Assembly: GCA_017556885.1 (NCBI GenBank)
Contig: JAFYLV010000157.1
Span: 1 to 36,568, forward strand
Direction of reading: 5' to 3'
DNA from: Clostridia bacterium
Lineage (GTDB): Bacteria > Bacillota > Clostridia > Oscillospirales > QAMX01
Length of the DNA: 36,568 nt
In this document: positions 1-10,357 of the stretch, one piece after another
Layout of the letters: the number at the start of each line of letters is the position of its first letter
Numbering within the stretch: position 1 is the first letter of the stretch
Position numbers and translations under genes: made by a program
The notes under the pieces: model-generated
The model's database searches: none
Told to the model about the DNA's origin: nothing
What the model saw: only the letters and a program-made list of their open reading frames with translations

Positions 1-870
<870 letters not shown>

Positions 871-887
871 TTACCTCCAGTGTAAAA

Positions 888-1239
<352 letters not shown>

Positions 1240-1247
1240 CGCAGTAT

Positions 1248-1276
1248 ATGATACCCCCAAATCCTTCCAAATACAA
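1248..1276 (-). promoter_or_regulatory. Candidate sigma-A promoter of groES-groEL
   Basis: The minus strand reads TTGTAT-17 nt-TATCAT a few bases upstream of CIRCE, the classical promoter/CIRCE arrangement. The hexamers are imperfect. Confidence 0.5.
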
Positions 1277-1340
1277 TCCCCGTCTCCGGCAGTCTCACGG
1301 GGTTGCTTTTTGAATTTGGGGAATTTTCATTTTGTTTCTT

Positions 1341-2495
1341 TTATTTGCTCTTGTTTTCTCTCGTTATCTCCCGTTTTCTCATATTTCGGTTCTCATCGAA
1401 ATACATGTACAGGCAACTTTTTATCATTCCGTTGTAGATCTTGCGTCTTTTTGTCGCTTTGCGGCCGAAATTGCGCTCAAATTCTTCGTCGCAGGTGACC
1501 ACATACCGGTCAAGATCCGGACAGTTTTCCGTCCGGCGGCCGAGGGTACGGCAAAGCTCCGCCGCCGTATCGGCATCGAGCAGGCGCTCGCCGTAGGGCG
1601 GGTTGGTGATGAGCACGCCGGGGTCGGGGGTGAAATCGTGCACGTCGATCCGGCGGACGGACACGCCCTTTACCCGGGCAAGACGGGCATTTTCCTCGGT
1701 GCGCAGCACCATTTTCGGGTCAATATCGCTGCCGTAAAGCTCCAGCGGTATATCGAGGATCCGCGCAGCAGCGGCCTCGCGGGCCTCTTTCCAAAGGGCA
1801 GGAGGCAGGAAGGCATAGCGCTCGCCGGCAAAGGAACGGTAAAGGCCGGGCGCGCGGTGGGTGGCGCGGAAGGCCGCCTCGATGAGCAGCGTTCCCGAGC
1901 CGCAAAAAGGATCGTACAGGGGGCGGGAGCCGTCAAAGTGGGAAAAATCCGCAATGGCTGCCGCCAGGGTCTCGCTGATGGGGGCATCACCCGCCACGGC
2001 GCGGTATCCCCGCTTGTGCAGGCCGTCGCCGGTGGTGTCGAGATAGATGGAAGCCTCATCCTTTAAAAGATGGAAGCGCAGGGTGTAGCGCGCGCCGGTC
2101 TCGGGCATCCAGGAGGTATGATAGGCCTCTTTGAGACGATCCGCCACCGCCTTTTTGATGATGGACTGGCAGCTGCGCTCGGAGAAGAGCTTGGAGGACA
2201 CGGTGTGTCCCACCACGATAAAGGCCGCATCGCGGGGCAGAAAATCCTCCCAGCGGACGGCGCGCACGCCGTCAAAGAGTTCCGTGAAGGTCTCCGCCTT
2301 AAAACGGGCGGCAAGGATCATGACGCGCTCGGCGCAGGCAAGGCCGACGTTTGCCTTGGCGATACCCGCAGGGTCGCCATCAAAAAGCACGCGGCCGTTC
2401 TCTCCCGTTACGTTCTCAAAGCCCATCCGGCGAAGCTCTGCCCCGACGGGGCCTTCCAGACCGAAATGGCAGGGCGCGCAAAGTCGCAGTTTCAT
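1341..2495 (-). CDS. THUMP-domain class I SAM-dependent RNA methyltransferase (UPF0020/COG0116, RlmL/YpsC-like)
   Basis: The 384-aa product has an N-terminal THUMP-like region, then the SAM-binding motif DPFCGSGTLLIEAA and the catalytic NPPYGERL motif. AAGGAGAAG RBS lies upstream of the ATG at 2495. Confidence 0.85.
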   Translation of the reverse strand: MKLRLCAPCHFGLEGPVGAELRRMGFENVTGENGRVLFDGDPAGIAKANVGLACAERVMILAARFKAETFTELFDGVRAVRWEDFLPRDAAFIVVGHTVSSKLFSERSCQSIIKKAVADRLKEAYHTSWMPETGARYTLRFHLLKDEASIYLDTTGDGLHKRGYRAVAGDAPISETLAAAIADFSHFDGSRPLYDPFCGSGTLLIEAAFRATHRAPGLYRSFAGERYAFLPPALWKEAREAAAARILDIPLELYGSDIDPKMVLRTEENARLARVKGVSVRRIDVHDFTPDPGVLITNPPYGERLLDADTAAELCRTLGRRTENCPDLDRYVVTCDEEFERNFGRKATKRRKIYNGMIKSCLYMYFDENRNMRKREITRENKSK

Positions 2496-2532
2496 GGATA
2501 TCTCTTCTCCTTACAGTTTACGGTAGCTTGGG

Positions 2533-2569
2533 GCAAAAGCCCGGGTCTGCCGGCACTGGGCAGACCCGG
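2533..2569 (-). terminator. Intrinsic terminator after the glycoside-hydrolase-like gene pair
   Basis: The minus strand reads CCGGGTCTGCC-cagtgcc-GGCAGACCCGG followed by GCTTTTG. This is a perfect 11-bp GC-rich stem plus a U-tract, located 12 nt after the TAA at 2582. Confidence 0.7.
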
Positions 2570-2581
2570 AACTTGGGGTTC

Positions 2582-3862
2582 TTATTTTTCCTCCAGGCGG
2601 AAAAGCTCGCCCTGGCCGGGAGCCAGCCACAGCTCCAGCGTGACGGCACCCGTTTCGGGATCGATCTTCTCCTCGGTGGGAACTTCGGCGCCGTCCAGAC
2701 GGTAGGACCAGGTTTTTTGCGCCTTTTCATACCAGATCTGCAGCAGCACGGAATCCCGCACGGAGGTGTTGACAAAGAAGACGTGGGTCTCTCCCGTGTC
2801 CTTATGGGTAAAGGTACTGACCAGCACGTGAGGATCCTCCGGTCCTTTGAGCACCGTGAGGGCACGGATGTGCTCATCATGCTCAAACGCAGGCTCCTCT
2901 TCATGCGGCGGTGCGGGGAAATGGGTGACCTTTTCGCAATCCAGACGCAGGAAGCGGCTGCCCCAGCGGCCCAGAAGCTCGCGGTTGACATCCCGGATAA
3001 ATCCGTACATGGGGGTGCGCTCACCCCACCAGTTGATGGGGCCGAGGCGGTAGTTGCTCTCTCCTCCGCCGCCGAGACGGGGGGTGTCCAGCGTAAAGTA
3101 AGAAATGGCCTTGGCACCGTAGGCAAGAGATGCATTGACCTGGAAGCGGATATCGTTATAGGTCTCCGGGCAGTAGGTGAAGTGGGGCACGGAGCAGACG
3201 ATGGTCCACATATCGATGCCCGTTGCCTTCGCGGCCTCCATATTGCTGCGGATGGTGTACCAGTAGTTGGGGTTGCACCATTTGCCGTCGGACACGGCGC
3301 CGTAGTGGTCAAAGGTCAGAAAACCGACACCGCTCTCCTTTGCAAACTGTTCCAGGTATTCACGGTAGGTATCAAAGCGCAGCTTCTTCTCCACACCGAT
3401 GTAATGGGGTTTCTGATTGATAAAAGGCTCCTTGCCCGTCTCCTCCCGGACGATACGGGCGCTGTCGATACAGGGCTCATAAGCCTGCCAGCCGGGCTCG
3501 TCAAGAATGCCAAAGGCATAGACCGCAGGATGGTCGGCATAGTCCCGGGCCGCGGCACGGACATTTTCCCTGTATTCCGGCGGCAGATGACCGCCCTCGG
3601 GCGGCTGGTCCTTGCTCAGCCCGTAGGAGTAGAGCATGACGCGGGGGTCCTCGAGGATAACATCAATATCATTCTCATAGCACCAGTCCAGCAGCTCCCG
3701 GGTCTTTTTGACACCCTCGGGGGTGGGAGCATCGGCACCCAGCAGCAGACGGGTAAAATATGCATCCTTCCAGTCGGCCTTTTCCCGGTCGCCGGCAATG
3801 GCGGCATGGGCGCGGCCGCACCAGAAGTAGATGGGGAAGGTCGTTCTGTTGTATTCAGCCAT
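2582..3862 (-). CDS. Uncharacterised cytoplasmic TIM-barrel glycoside-hydrolase-like protein (GH-A clan/GH42-like architecture). Paralog of 3868..5157.
   Basis: The ORF track gives 2582..3919. I place the start at the ATG at 3862 (MAEYNRTTFPIYFW...), which has GAGGTAG-aaaaa spacing and aligns with the N-terminus of the upstream paralog. The two share motifs ILDEPG/VGDEPG, ASLAYGAKAISYFT/MALAYGAKEISFFT, NWWGE.TP.Y, VTHFP and the C-terminal PGQGEL. No signal peptide is present. The family assignment is tentative. Confidence 0.6.
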   Translation of the reverse strand: MAEYNRTTFPIYFWCGRAHAAIAGDREKADWKDAYFTRLLLGADAPTPEGVKKTRELLDWCYENDIDVILEDPRVMLYSYGLSKDQPPEGGHLPPEYRENVRAAARDYADHPAVYAFGILDEPGWQAYEPCIDSARIVREETGKEPFINQKPHYIGVEKKLRFDTYREYLEQFAKESGVGFLTFDHYGAVSDGKWCNPNYWYTIRSNMEAAKATGIDMWTIVCSVPHFTYCPETYNDIRFQVNASLAYGAKAISYFTLDTPRLGGGGESNYRLGPINWWGERTPMYGFIRDVNRELLGRWGSRFLRLDCEKVTHFPAPPHEEEPAFEHDEHIRALTVLKGPEDPHVLVSTFTHKDTGETHVFFVNTSVRDSVLLQIWYEKAQKTWSYRLDGAEVPTEEKIDPETGAVTLELWLAPGQGELFRLEEK

Positions 3863-3867
3863 TTTTT

Positions 3868-5157
3868 CTACCTCACGATCCGATGAAGTTCTCCCTGACC
3901 GGGGGAAAGCCAGAAGCAACTGTTCTTCAGGCGGGCGGGCTTGCCGTCCTCCGAGGCAACAACGGTGTATTCCCGTCCGAGGGAATCGTAGCGGTGCACC
4001 TCACGGGCATTTTCAAAAGTGACGGAAAGGGCAATGGACGCCTTGGGGTTTGCGTTGGCGATAAAGACATAGCTTTCGCCCGTGGCGATCTCCCGGAACT
4101 CGGAAACAACCACATGCTGACGGGGCAGTCCGCGCACCACAGAGATCGCATAAACATTCTCGTTCGGGGTAAAGGGTTTGACATTCATGCGGGGCAACGG
4201 ACGCTGATATGTGTAAGGAACAATGGGGAAATGGGTGACGCGCACCGGCTCAAAGCCCATAAACTTGTCCCCAAAGCGGGTATGCAGCTCCCGGCAGGCG
4301 GTGGAAAGCGCATCGTAAACGGGGGTCTTTTCTCCCCACCAGTTCAAAGGCGCCTCCGAATAGTTTGTCTCCTTGGTGTTGCAGTTCGACGGTGACTGCA
4401 GGGTAAAGAAGGATATCTCCTTTGCACCGTAGGCAAGGGCCATGGAGATCTGGAAGCGGAAATCCCCCAGCTCAAGGACGCGGCGGTCAAAATGCTTGCT
4501 TGCGAGGACAGTGTGCCATATCTCTGCGCCGCACGCCTTTGCCACGTCGTACTGGCACTGCAGAACGTGCCAGTAATCCTCGTGGACGCGGTCGCCCTCG
4601 AGGCACTGGGCATAGAAATCCTGCGAGAGGATGCCGGATTTGGAATCCTCCAGGAACTTTTTCAGGTAAACATCGTAATCCCGCACGCCGGTATTGGCAA
4701 GGAACCGGGGATAGTAGGGCAGCAGATTGATGTAGCCCTCTTTTCCGGTCTCCTCCTTTGTAATGCGGGACGCGGCGCACATGGCATCATAGTCACCTTT
4801 TCCGGGTTCATCGCCTACGTAATAGCAGCAAACCGCCGGCAGATGCCCGTAATCGGCATGGCTTGCGCGGACGGCGGCACGGTAGGCCTCCTCGTCCAGC
4901 ACGGCAACACCTTCGGCATCGCGGGTAAGGCAACTGCCGTGCATAACGCGGCCGTCGTTGAGCATGACGGCAAGACCGCGTGCCTCACAGGCGGCAAAAA
5001 AGGCGAGGGCCGCCTCTTTCTCCTCCGCAGCACCGGTCAGACAGGGGGACGGGACGAGGTTGATGCCCGCCTCCGCCACGGTATCCAGATATTCCTGCGT
5101 GTGAGCCGCAAGGGGCGGCGGACACCAGTAGGATACGGGATAACGGCTGTGTTCCAT
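3868..5157 (-). CDS. Uncharacterised cytoplasmic TIM-barrel glycoside-hydrolase-like protein. Paralog of 2582..3862.
   Basis: The 429-aa product is collinear with the downstream paralog and shares the same motif set. It ends with TAG at 3868..3870, 5 nt before the next start, which suggests translational coupling. GGGAGGAAAAGGA RBS lies upstream of the ATG at 5157. Confidence 0.6.
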   Translation of the reverse strand: MEHSRYPVSYWCPPPLAAHTQEYLDTVAEAGINLVPSPCLTGAAEEKEAALAFFAACEARGLAVMLNDGRVMHGSCLTRDAEGVAVLDEEAYRAAVRASHADYGHLPAVCCYYVGDEPGKGDYDAMCAASRITKEETGKEGYINLLPYYPRFLANTGVRDYDVYLKKFLEDSKSGILSQDFYAQCLEGDRVHEDYWHVLQCQYDVAKACGAEIWHTVLASKHFDRRVLELGDFRFQISMALAYGAKEISFFTLQSPSNCNTKETNYSEAPLNWWGEKTPVYDALSTACRELHTRFGDKFMGFEPVRVTHFPIVPYTYQRPLPRMNVKPFTPNENVYAISVVRGLPRQHVVVSEFREIATGESYVFIANANPKASIALSVTFENAREVHRYDSLGREYTVVASEDGKPARLKNSCFWLSPGQGELHRIVR

Positions 5158-5224
5158 ATTCCTTTTCCTCCCTTGGGGAAGTATACGTTTTCCGGAAGGG
5201 GGCGCGCGCCCCTCTCCCGGGCCT

Positions 5225-5254
5225 ATTATACCTTATGGGTGCGGCAGATGTAAA
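5225..5254 (-). promoter_or_regulatory. Candidate promoter of the glycoside-hydrolase-like gene pair
   Basis: The minus strand reads TTTACA-18 nt-TATAAT about 70 nt upstream of the ATG at 5157. A GC-rich palindrome (5199..5212) lies in the predicted leader. Confidence 0.45.
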
Positions 5255-5369
5255 GGCGGGAGGCATACTTTGTGCACTGAAATTATGTACGGATATGCTT
5301 CCGGAGTAGCCATTTTTCTTCTCCCGTGCTATACTTATGCTGTATCATTGTGTATGGGGAAGGATTTGT

Positions 5370-6104
5370 ATGGCGATATTCTTTCAAAGCTTCGCGCGGC
5401 ACTTCTCTCTGTACAATCTGATGGCTGCCCTGGGGCTTTGCACCGCCCTCATTTTCGCCCTCCGCCGTCTTACCGAAGGCGGCTTTGACGGTGCATCTTC
5501 CCGCCGCATCACCGTCGCGGCGACGGTTGCTTTTCTTGCGGGCGCTGCGGCTTCCAACGTCTTCAACTGGTTTGCGTATCCGGAACTTCTGTCCCTCCCG
5601 CTTTTCACCCGCATCCGCGCCGCGGGGATGACCTTTTATCCCGGCATGATCTGCGCGATCGCCCTTTTCGCCCTTCTTCTGCGGCTGCTTTCGCAACCCG
5701 TCCGCCGGGTGTTTTTTCTCACCGTCCCTGCCTTTCCCCTTTTTCACGGCATTGCGCGCATCGGCTGTCTTTTTGCCGGATGCTGCTACGGTCGGGAGCT
5801 GACGGCCGGCGCATTTTCCTTCCGTTTTCCCTACCCGGCGCTGGAATCGGTCTTTCTCTTTGCCCTTGTTTTTCTTCTCATCCGCCGGCGTCCGGCGCGC
5901 CCGCTCCTTGTTTACTGCACTGCATACCCCATCTTCCGCTTTTTCGCGGAATTTCTCCGGGGGGATGACCGGGGCGTACTCCTTCCCGGAATCCCTCTGA
6001 GCGTTTCCCAGCAGATCTCTCTTGCGATCCTCGCGGGAGTTCTTGTATACACGGCCATCTCTTATATCCAAGCCCATCTTCACTGTCACAGGAAAGGACG
6101 GTAA
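5370..6104 (+). CDS. lgt: Prolipoprotein diacylglyceryl transferase (Lgt) family protein, divergent GCCYG subgroup
   Basis: The protein is polytopic, with about 7 hydrophobic segments. The motif HGIARIGCLFAGCCYGRE corresponds to the Lgt signature G-R-x-G-N-F-x-N-G-E. I moved the start to the ATG at 5370 (MAIFFQSF), which is preceded by GGGGAAGGA. Confidence 0.75.
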   Translation: MAIFFQSFARHFSLYNLMAALGLCTALIFALRRLTEGGFDGASSRRITVAATVAFLAGAAASNVFNWFAYPELLSLPLFTRIRAAGMTFYPGMICAIALFALLLRLLSQPVRRVFFLTVPAFPLFHGIARIGCLFAGCCYGRELTAGAFSFRFPYPALESVFLFALVFLLIRRRPARPLLVYCTAYPIFRFFAEFLRGDDRGVLLPGIPLSVSQQISLAILAGVLVYTAISYIQAHLHCHRKGR

Positions 6105-6110
6105 CCTATT

Positions 6111-7589
6111 ATGACCCGTAAACACATTCTCACCCTCTGTCTTTCCATTCTCCTGCTGGTCGCGGTGCTTCCCACAGCGCTGCTCGCCGCCGGTGATGCT
6201 CTCGGTTTTACCGGCACCGCTGACGGCACCGGCTGCGGCGCAGGCTCCCTCTCCCTTACCCTGCCCGAATACGTCTTTGCGGGAGATACCATCAGCGCCG
6301 CCATCTCCAACACCGGCGAGCTGGAGGGCGAGGTGACCTTCACTCCCGCCGGCAATCTTTCCCCCCTGCCGGATTACAGCATGATCTTCCTTGCCACCGG
6401 CGCGGGCAGCGGTACCGTTACCGCCGGCGGTTCTGTCAAGGGTTGTGCAAAGTCTGAAATACTCTCCGTCTCCGCCGCCACCACCGTCCTCGATACGGTC
6501 ATCCAGCTTGAGACCTCCGTCACCACCTTGAAGGTCGGTGAGAGCCTTAAGCCCGTCTTCAGCTACAGCCGCACCGCGGAAAGCGATGCCGTACCCAACG
6601 TGGATGCCCTGTGGGCCTCTGCCCTGCAGAAGCTCGTCACCTACGAGCCCGTGCTGACGGTGACCGGTACCTCTGTTTCCGCATCCGGCGGCTCTCTTGC
6701 CGCGCTGGAGGCCGGCGTTTCCGTCGTTACCGCCACCGTTCCCGGCACGAACATTTCCACCTCCTTCTCCGTCAATGTCGTGGAGACCTCCGATGCCGTG
6801 CCCGTCACCACCCTTGCCGTGCAGTCTGCCGCCTCCATGAAGGTTGGCGACACCCTGACCATCACCCCCGTCTATGCTCCCGCAAATGCCACCAATGCCG
6901 GCGGTACCTGGACCCTCTCCAAACAGAACGTCGTCTCCGTTTCCGGCAACACCTTCACCGCCCTTTCTGCTGGTAAGGTCACCGCAACCTATATCCTTGC
7001 CGACAGCACCAAGTCCGCCTCCTGCGTCATCACCGTTGTCGCCGGCGGCCCCATCGCCGTCTCCGGCGTGAGCCTGCCCAACGAAAAGCACATCAAGGTC
7101 GGCGATAAACTCACCCTTACCCCCTCCTTTGTTCCCTCCAATGCCTCCAACCAGAACGGCATGTGGCTTCTTTCCGCCGAAGGCATCGTCTCCCGCTACG
7201 GCAACGAGTTTACCGGCCTGAAGGCGGGTACCGTTAACGCCATTTTCCAGACGGAGGACGGCAACAAGGTCGCCACCTGCAAGATCGTCGTCTCCGGAAG
7301 CAACCAGATCACCCCCAGCATCACCGGCATCACGGCGGTTCGCATCGACAAATCGGACATCAGCTGGATCGGCGAGGAGCTTTCCCTGAAGGTGGATTCT
7401 ACCTATGATGTCAGCTTCTCCGTCACACCTGCGGATGCCGACCGTTCCGCCCTCTCCTGGGCCAGCACCGCCCCTGAGGTTGCCACCGTGTACAACGGCA
7501 CTCTCACCGCCATGGGCCCCGGCACCACAAAGATCACCGTATCCTTCAACGGCAAGGCGCTCGCCTCCTTTGACGTGACGGTGGAATAA
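6111..7589 (+). CDS. Secreted protein with repeated bacterial Ig-like (Big_2) domains
   Basis: The N-terminal signal peptide is [28 protein letters not shown]. At least three Big_2-like modules of about 80 aa follow (e.g. [19 protein letters not shown]...[32 protein letters not shown]...[30 protein letters not shown]...[13 protein letters not shown]). GGAAAGGACGG RBS lies upstream. Confidence 0.8.
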   Translation: MTRKHILTLCLSILLLVAVLPTALLAAGDALGFTGTADGTGCGAGSLSLTLPEYVFAGDTISAAISNTGELEGEVTFTPAGNLSPLPDYSMIFLATGAGSGTVTAGGSVKGCAKSEILSVSAATTVLDTVIQLETSVTTLKVGESLKPVFSYSRTAESDAVPNVDALWASALQKLVTYEPVLTVTGTSVSASGGSLAALEAGVSVVTATVPGTNISTSFSVNVVETSDAVPVTTLAVQSAASMKVGDTLTITPVYAPANATNAGGTWTLSKQNVVSVSGNTFTALSAGKVTATYILADSTKSASCVITVVAGGPIAVSGVSLPNEKHIKVGDKLTLTPSFVPSNASNQNGMWLLSAEGIVSRYGNEFTGLKAGTVNAIFQTEDGNKVATCKIVVSGSNQITPSITGITAVRIDKSDISWIGEELSLKVDSTYDVSFSVTPADADRSALSWASTAPEVATVYNGTLTAMGPGTTKITVSFNGKALASFDVTVE

Positions 7590-7614
7590 TTTTTCCCCAC
7601 GGAGCAAAAAATAC

Positions 7615-8688
7615 ATGCTTGAAAAACTGGAGAGCCTCCGCGCCCGGTATGAAGACCTGCGCCGGGAGGCCGACGATCCCGAACTGTATAACGATCCCGT
7701 CCGCAGCCGCACCGTGCTTAAGGAGCAGAAGAGCCTGCGCCCCATCATGGAGATCTACGAGGCCTATCTGAAGGCCGAGGAGGACCGCAAGGGTGCAGAG
7801 GAGCTGCTTGCCTCGCGCCCGGATCCGGAGCTTCGCGAGCTCTGCGAAGAGGAGCTTGCCGCCGCGGAGGCGGAGCTTGCCCGTCTTTCCGATGCCCTGC
7901 GGCTGCAGCTTCTGCCCAGGGATGAAAACGACGACAAAAACGTCATTCTTGAGATCCGCGCCGGTGCCGGCGGCGAAGAAGCCGCCCTGTTTGCCGCTGT
8001 GCTTTTCCGCATGTACGGCATGTATGCCGATATGCAGGGTTGGACCTTCGAGCGCCTTGGCGCGGCAGAGACCGAGCTTGGCGGCTTCAAGGAAGTCAGC
8101 GTCCGCATCGAGGCCGACGGCGCCTATTCCCGCCTGAAGTACGAAAGCGGCGTTCATCGCGTGCAGCGCGTGCCCGAGACCGAGTCCTCCGGCCGCATCC
8201 AGACCTCCACCGTCACGGTCGCCGTGCTTCCGGAGGTGGATGAGGTGGACGTGGAGATCAACCCCTCCGACCTGCAGATCGACACCTACCGCGCCAGCGG
8301 CGCCGGCGGACAGCACGTTAACAAAACGGAGTCCGCCATCCGCATCACCCACCTGCCCACCGGCACAGTGGTGGAATGTCAGGACGAGCGCAGCCAGTTC
8401 AAGAACCGTGAGCGCGCCATGAAGATCCTCCGCGCCCGTCTCTATGAGGCCGAGCAGGAGCGTCAGAATGCCGCCCGTGCCAGCGAGCGCAAGTCCCAGG
8501 TGGGCACCGGAGACCGCAGCGAGCGCATCCGCACCTACAACTATCCCCAGGGCCGCGTCTCCGATCACCGTATCGGCCTGACCCTCCACAAGCTGGACAA
8601 CATTCTCAACGGCCACATGGAAGAAGTGATTGACGCCCTCATCGCCGCCGATCAGGCAGCAAAGCTTGCCGCCTTCAGCGAACAATAA
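7615..8688 (+). CDS. prfA: Peptide chain release factor 1
   Basis: The 357-aa product carries the RF1-type tripeptide anticodon motif P-E-T ([17 protein letters not shown]) and the GGQ motif ([23 protein letters not shown]). Confidence 0.95.
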   Translation: MLEKLESLRARYEDLRREADDPELYNDPVRSRTVLKEQKSLRPIMEIYEAYLKAEEDRKGAEELLASRPDPELRELCEEELAAAEAELARLSDALRLQLLPRDENDDKNVILEIRAGAGGEEAALFAAVLFRMYGMYADMQGWTFERLGAAETELGGFKEVSVRIEADGAYSRLKYESGVHRVQRVPETESSGRIQTSTVTVAVLPEVDEVDVEINPSDLQIDTYRASGAGGQHVNKTESAIRITHLPTGTVVECQDERSQFKNRERAMKILRARLYEAEQERQNAARASERKSQVGTGDRSERIRTYNYPQGRVSDHRIGLTLHKLDNILNGHMEEVIDALIAADQAAKLAAFSEQ

Positions 8689-8702
8689 TTGCAAAAAGAG
8701 GC

Positions 8703-9755
8703 TTGACCGCATTGAAAACCACCGTTTTTTCCGCAAAGGATACCGATAAGCTCGCCGCCGCGGGAGCACTGCTCCGTGCGGGCGGTCTTGTTGCCATTCC
8801 CACGGAAACGGTCTATGGGCTTGCCTGCTCCGCCTTCCGTCCGGAGGCCGTGGCCCGGGTTTTTGCAGCAAAGGGCCGCCCCTCCGACAATCCCCTGATC
8901 GTGCATATCTCCGACCTGTCCCAGCTCTCTCTGCTTTGGGATGAGATCCCTCCGGAGGCGCTGCGCCTGGCAGAGGCCTTCTGGCCGGGACCGCTGACCA
9001 TGATCGCCCGCAAGCGCCCCGACGTACCCGCCGAGGTCACCGGCGGACTGGATACCGTGGCGGTGCGCTTCCCTGCCCATCCCGCCGCACAGGCGGTCAT
9101 CAACGCCGCAGGTGTACCGCTTGCCGCTCCTTCCGCCAATCTTTCCGGATCTCCGAGCCCCACCTGTGCCGAGCATGTGCGCAGCGACCTTGACGGCCGT
9201 ATTGAGATGATCCTCGACGGCGGTGCATGTGATTTCGGCGTGGAATCCACCGTGCTTGACCTCACCCGCCGCCCCTTTGCGGTGCTCCGCCCCGGCTCCG
9301 TCACACCGGAGATGCTGCGCGGCGTGCTTTCCGACGTCATTACCGATCCTGCGGTGCTCCGTCCCCTCGACCGCGGCGAAACTGCCCGTTCCCCCGGCAT
9401 GAAATACCGCCACTACGCCCCGCAAAGCCCCGTCACCGCCGTCAGCGGACCGGGCTGCGGCTCGGCCGCCTATATCCGCACCCATCTGCCCGAGGGCGGC
9501 GCGGTGCTCTGCTTTGATGCGTTTCTTCGGGATTTCGCCCGCATTCCCAGCATCGCCTACGGCGCGGAGGACGATGCCGCCTCCCTCGCCCGCGGATTGT
9601 ATGCCTCCCTGCGGTTGCTGGATCGGGAGGTGCACACCCACATTTTTGCCCAGTGTCCCCCTCTGTCGGAGGAATATCTCGCCGTCACCAACCGGTTGTG
9701 CCGCTCGGCGGGCTTCCGCATCATCCATGTGGACGAAAAGGGGGCAGAAATATGA
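8703..9755 (+). CDS. tsaC: L-threonylcarbamoyladenylate synthase, long Sua5 type (YrdC domain plus Sua5 C-terminal domain)
   Basis: Motifs AIPTETVYGLA, AKGRPSDNPLIVHI, APSAN.SG and a C-terminal domain of about 130 aa. The ORF-track start at 8703 is TTG and sits very close to AGAGG. The in-frame TTG at 8712 is an alternative start. Confidence 0.88.
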   Translation: MTALKTTVFSAKDTDKLAAAGALLRAGGLVAIPTETVYGLACSAFRPEAVARVFAAKGRPSDNPLIVHISDLSQLSLLWDEIPPEALRLAEAFWPGPLTMIARKRPDVPAEVTGGLDTVAVRFPAHPAAQAVINAAGVPLAAPSANLSGSPSPTCAEHVRSDLDGRIEMILDGGACDFGVESTVLDLTRRPFAVLRPGSVTPEMLRGVLSDVITDPAVLRPLDRGETARSPGMKYRHYAPQSPVTAVSGPGCGSAAYIRTHLPEGGAVLCFDAFLRDFARIPSIAYGAEDDAASLARGLYASLRLLDREVHTHIFAQCPPLSEEYLAVTNRLCRSAGFRIIHVDEKGAEI

Positions 9756-10357
9756 CCGTCATCGGGATCACCGGCGGCAGCGGCAGCGGAAAAAGTACCC
9801 TCTCCGCCCTGCTTTCCGAAGAACTTGATGCCCTTGCCCTCGACGCCGATAAAATCTACCACGAGCTTCTCGAAACCTCCGCCGATATGCGGGATGCTCT
9901 CGTTTCCGCCTTCGGTCCCGGCATTCTTTTTGAGGGAAAGATCTGCCGCAAGGCGCTTGCCGCCGTGGTTTTTGCCGACGAAGGCGCCCTCGCACAGCTC
10001 AATGCCATCACCCATCCCCGGGTGACCGACGAGATCGTGCGCCGCATGAAAGAAACAGACAAAGCCGTCTGCTCCATCGATGCTTTCGGTCTTATCCAAA
10101 GCGGCATGCACCGCATCTGCGACCATACGGTGGGCGTTCTTGCCGACCGGGATGTTCGCATCCGGCGCATCATGGCCCGCGACGGGCTGGATGAGGCCCG
10201 CGCCGCCGCCCGTATCGATGCCCAGGCACCGGAGGAATTTTACCGCACCCATTGCAACACCCTGCTTGTAAACAACGGCAGCGCGGAGCAGTTCCGTGAG
10301 GATTGCCGCCGTTTCTGCCGAAAACTTCTTGGAAAGGATACCATTGACCATGAGTGA
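9752..10357 (+). CDS. coaE: Dephospho-CoA kinase
   Basis: MTVIGITGGSGSGKST P-loop followed by LDADKIYHELL, about 200 aa. The start at ATG 9752 overlaps the tsaC stop (ATGA). The N-terminal extension in the ORF track (from 9653) was rejected. Confidence 0.9.
   Translation: MTVIGITGGSGSGKSTLSALLSEELDALALDADKIYHELLETSADMRDALVSAFGPGILFEGKICRKALAAVVFADEGALAQLNAITHPRVTDEIVRRMKETDKAVCSIDAFGLIQSGMHRICDHTVGVLADRDVRIRRIMARDGLDEARAAARIDAQAPEEFYRTHCNTLLVNNGSAEQFREDCRRFCRKLLGKDTIDHE

Noticed and set aside
5199-5212. A 14-bp perfect GC palindrome, GGGGCGCGCGCCCC, with an alternating CG core, in the leader of the glycoside-hydrolase-like operon.
   Set aside because: It occurs only once, has no partner repeats and has no associated protein logic. 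It is most simply a GC-rich leader hairpin. It is not a repeat family or a CRISPR-like element.
1332-5253. Plus-strand ORFs 1332..2066, 2070..2705, 2351..3886 (511 aa), 3760..4395 and 4492..5253.
   Set aside because: They are antisense to the THUMP methyltransferase gene and the two glycoside-hydrolase-like genes. The minus-strand products have clear motifs or paralogy, and these plus-strand products do not.
6800-7560. Apparent repetitiveness in the Big_2 gene, considered as a possible tandem DNA repeat.
   Set aside because: The similarity is at the protein-domain level, between diverged Ig-like modules of about 80 aa. The nucleotide sequences are not near-identical tandem repeats.
5283-7748. 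An 821-aa minus-strand ORF spanning the lgt-like and Big_2 genes.
   Set aside because: It is an antisense shadow of two well-supported plus-strand genes in high-GC DNA. The product is low-complexity (G/A/D/R-rich) with no recognisable motifs, no RBS and no domain logic.
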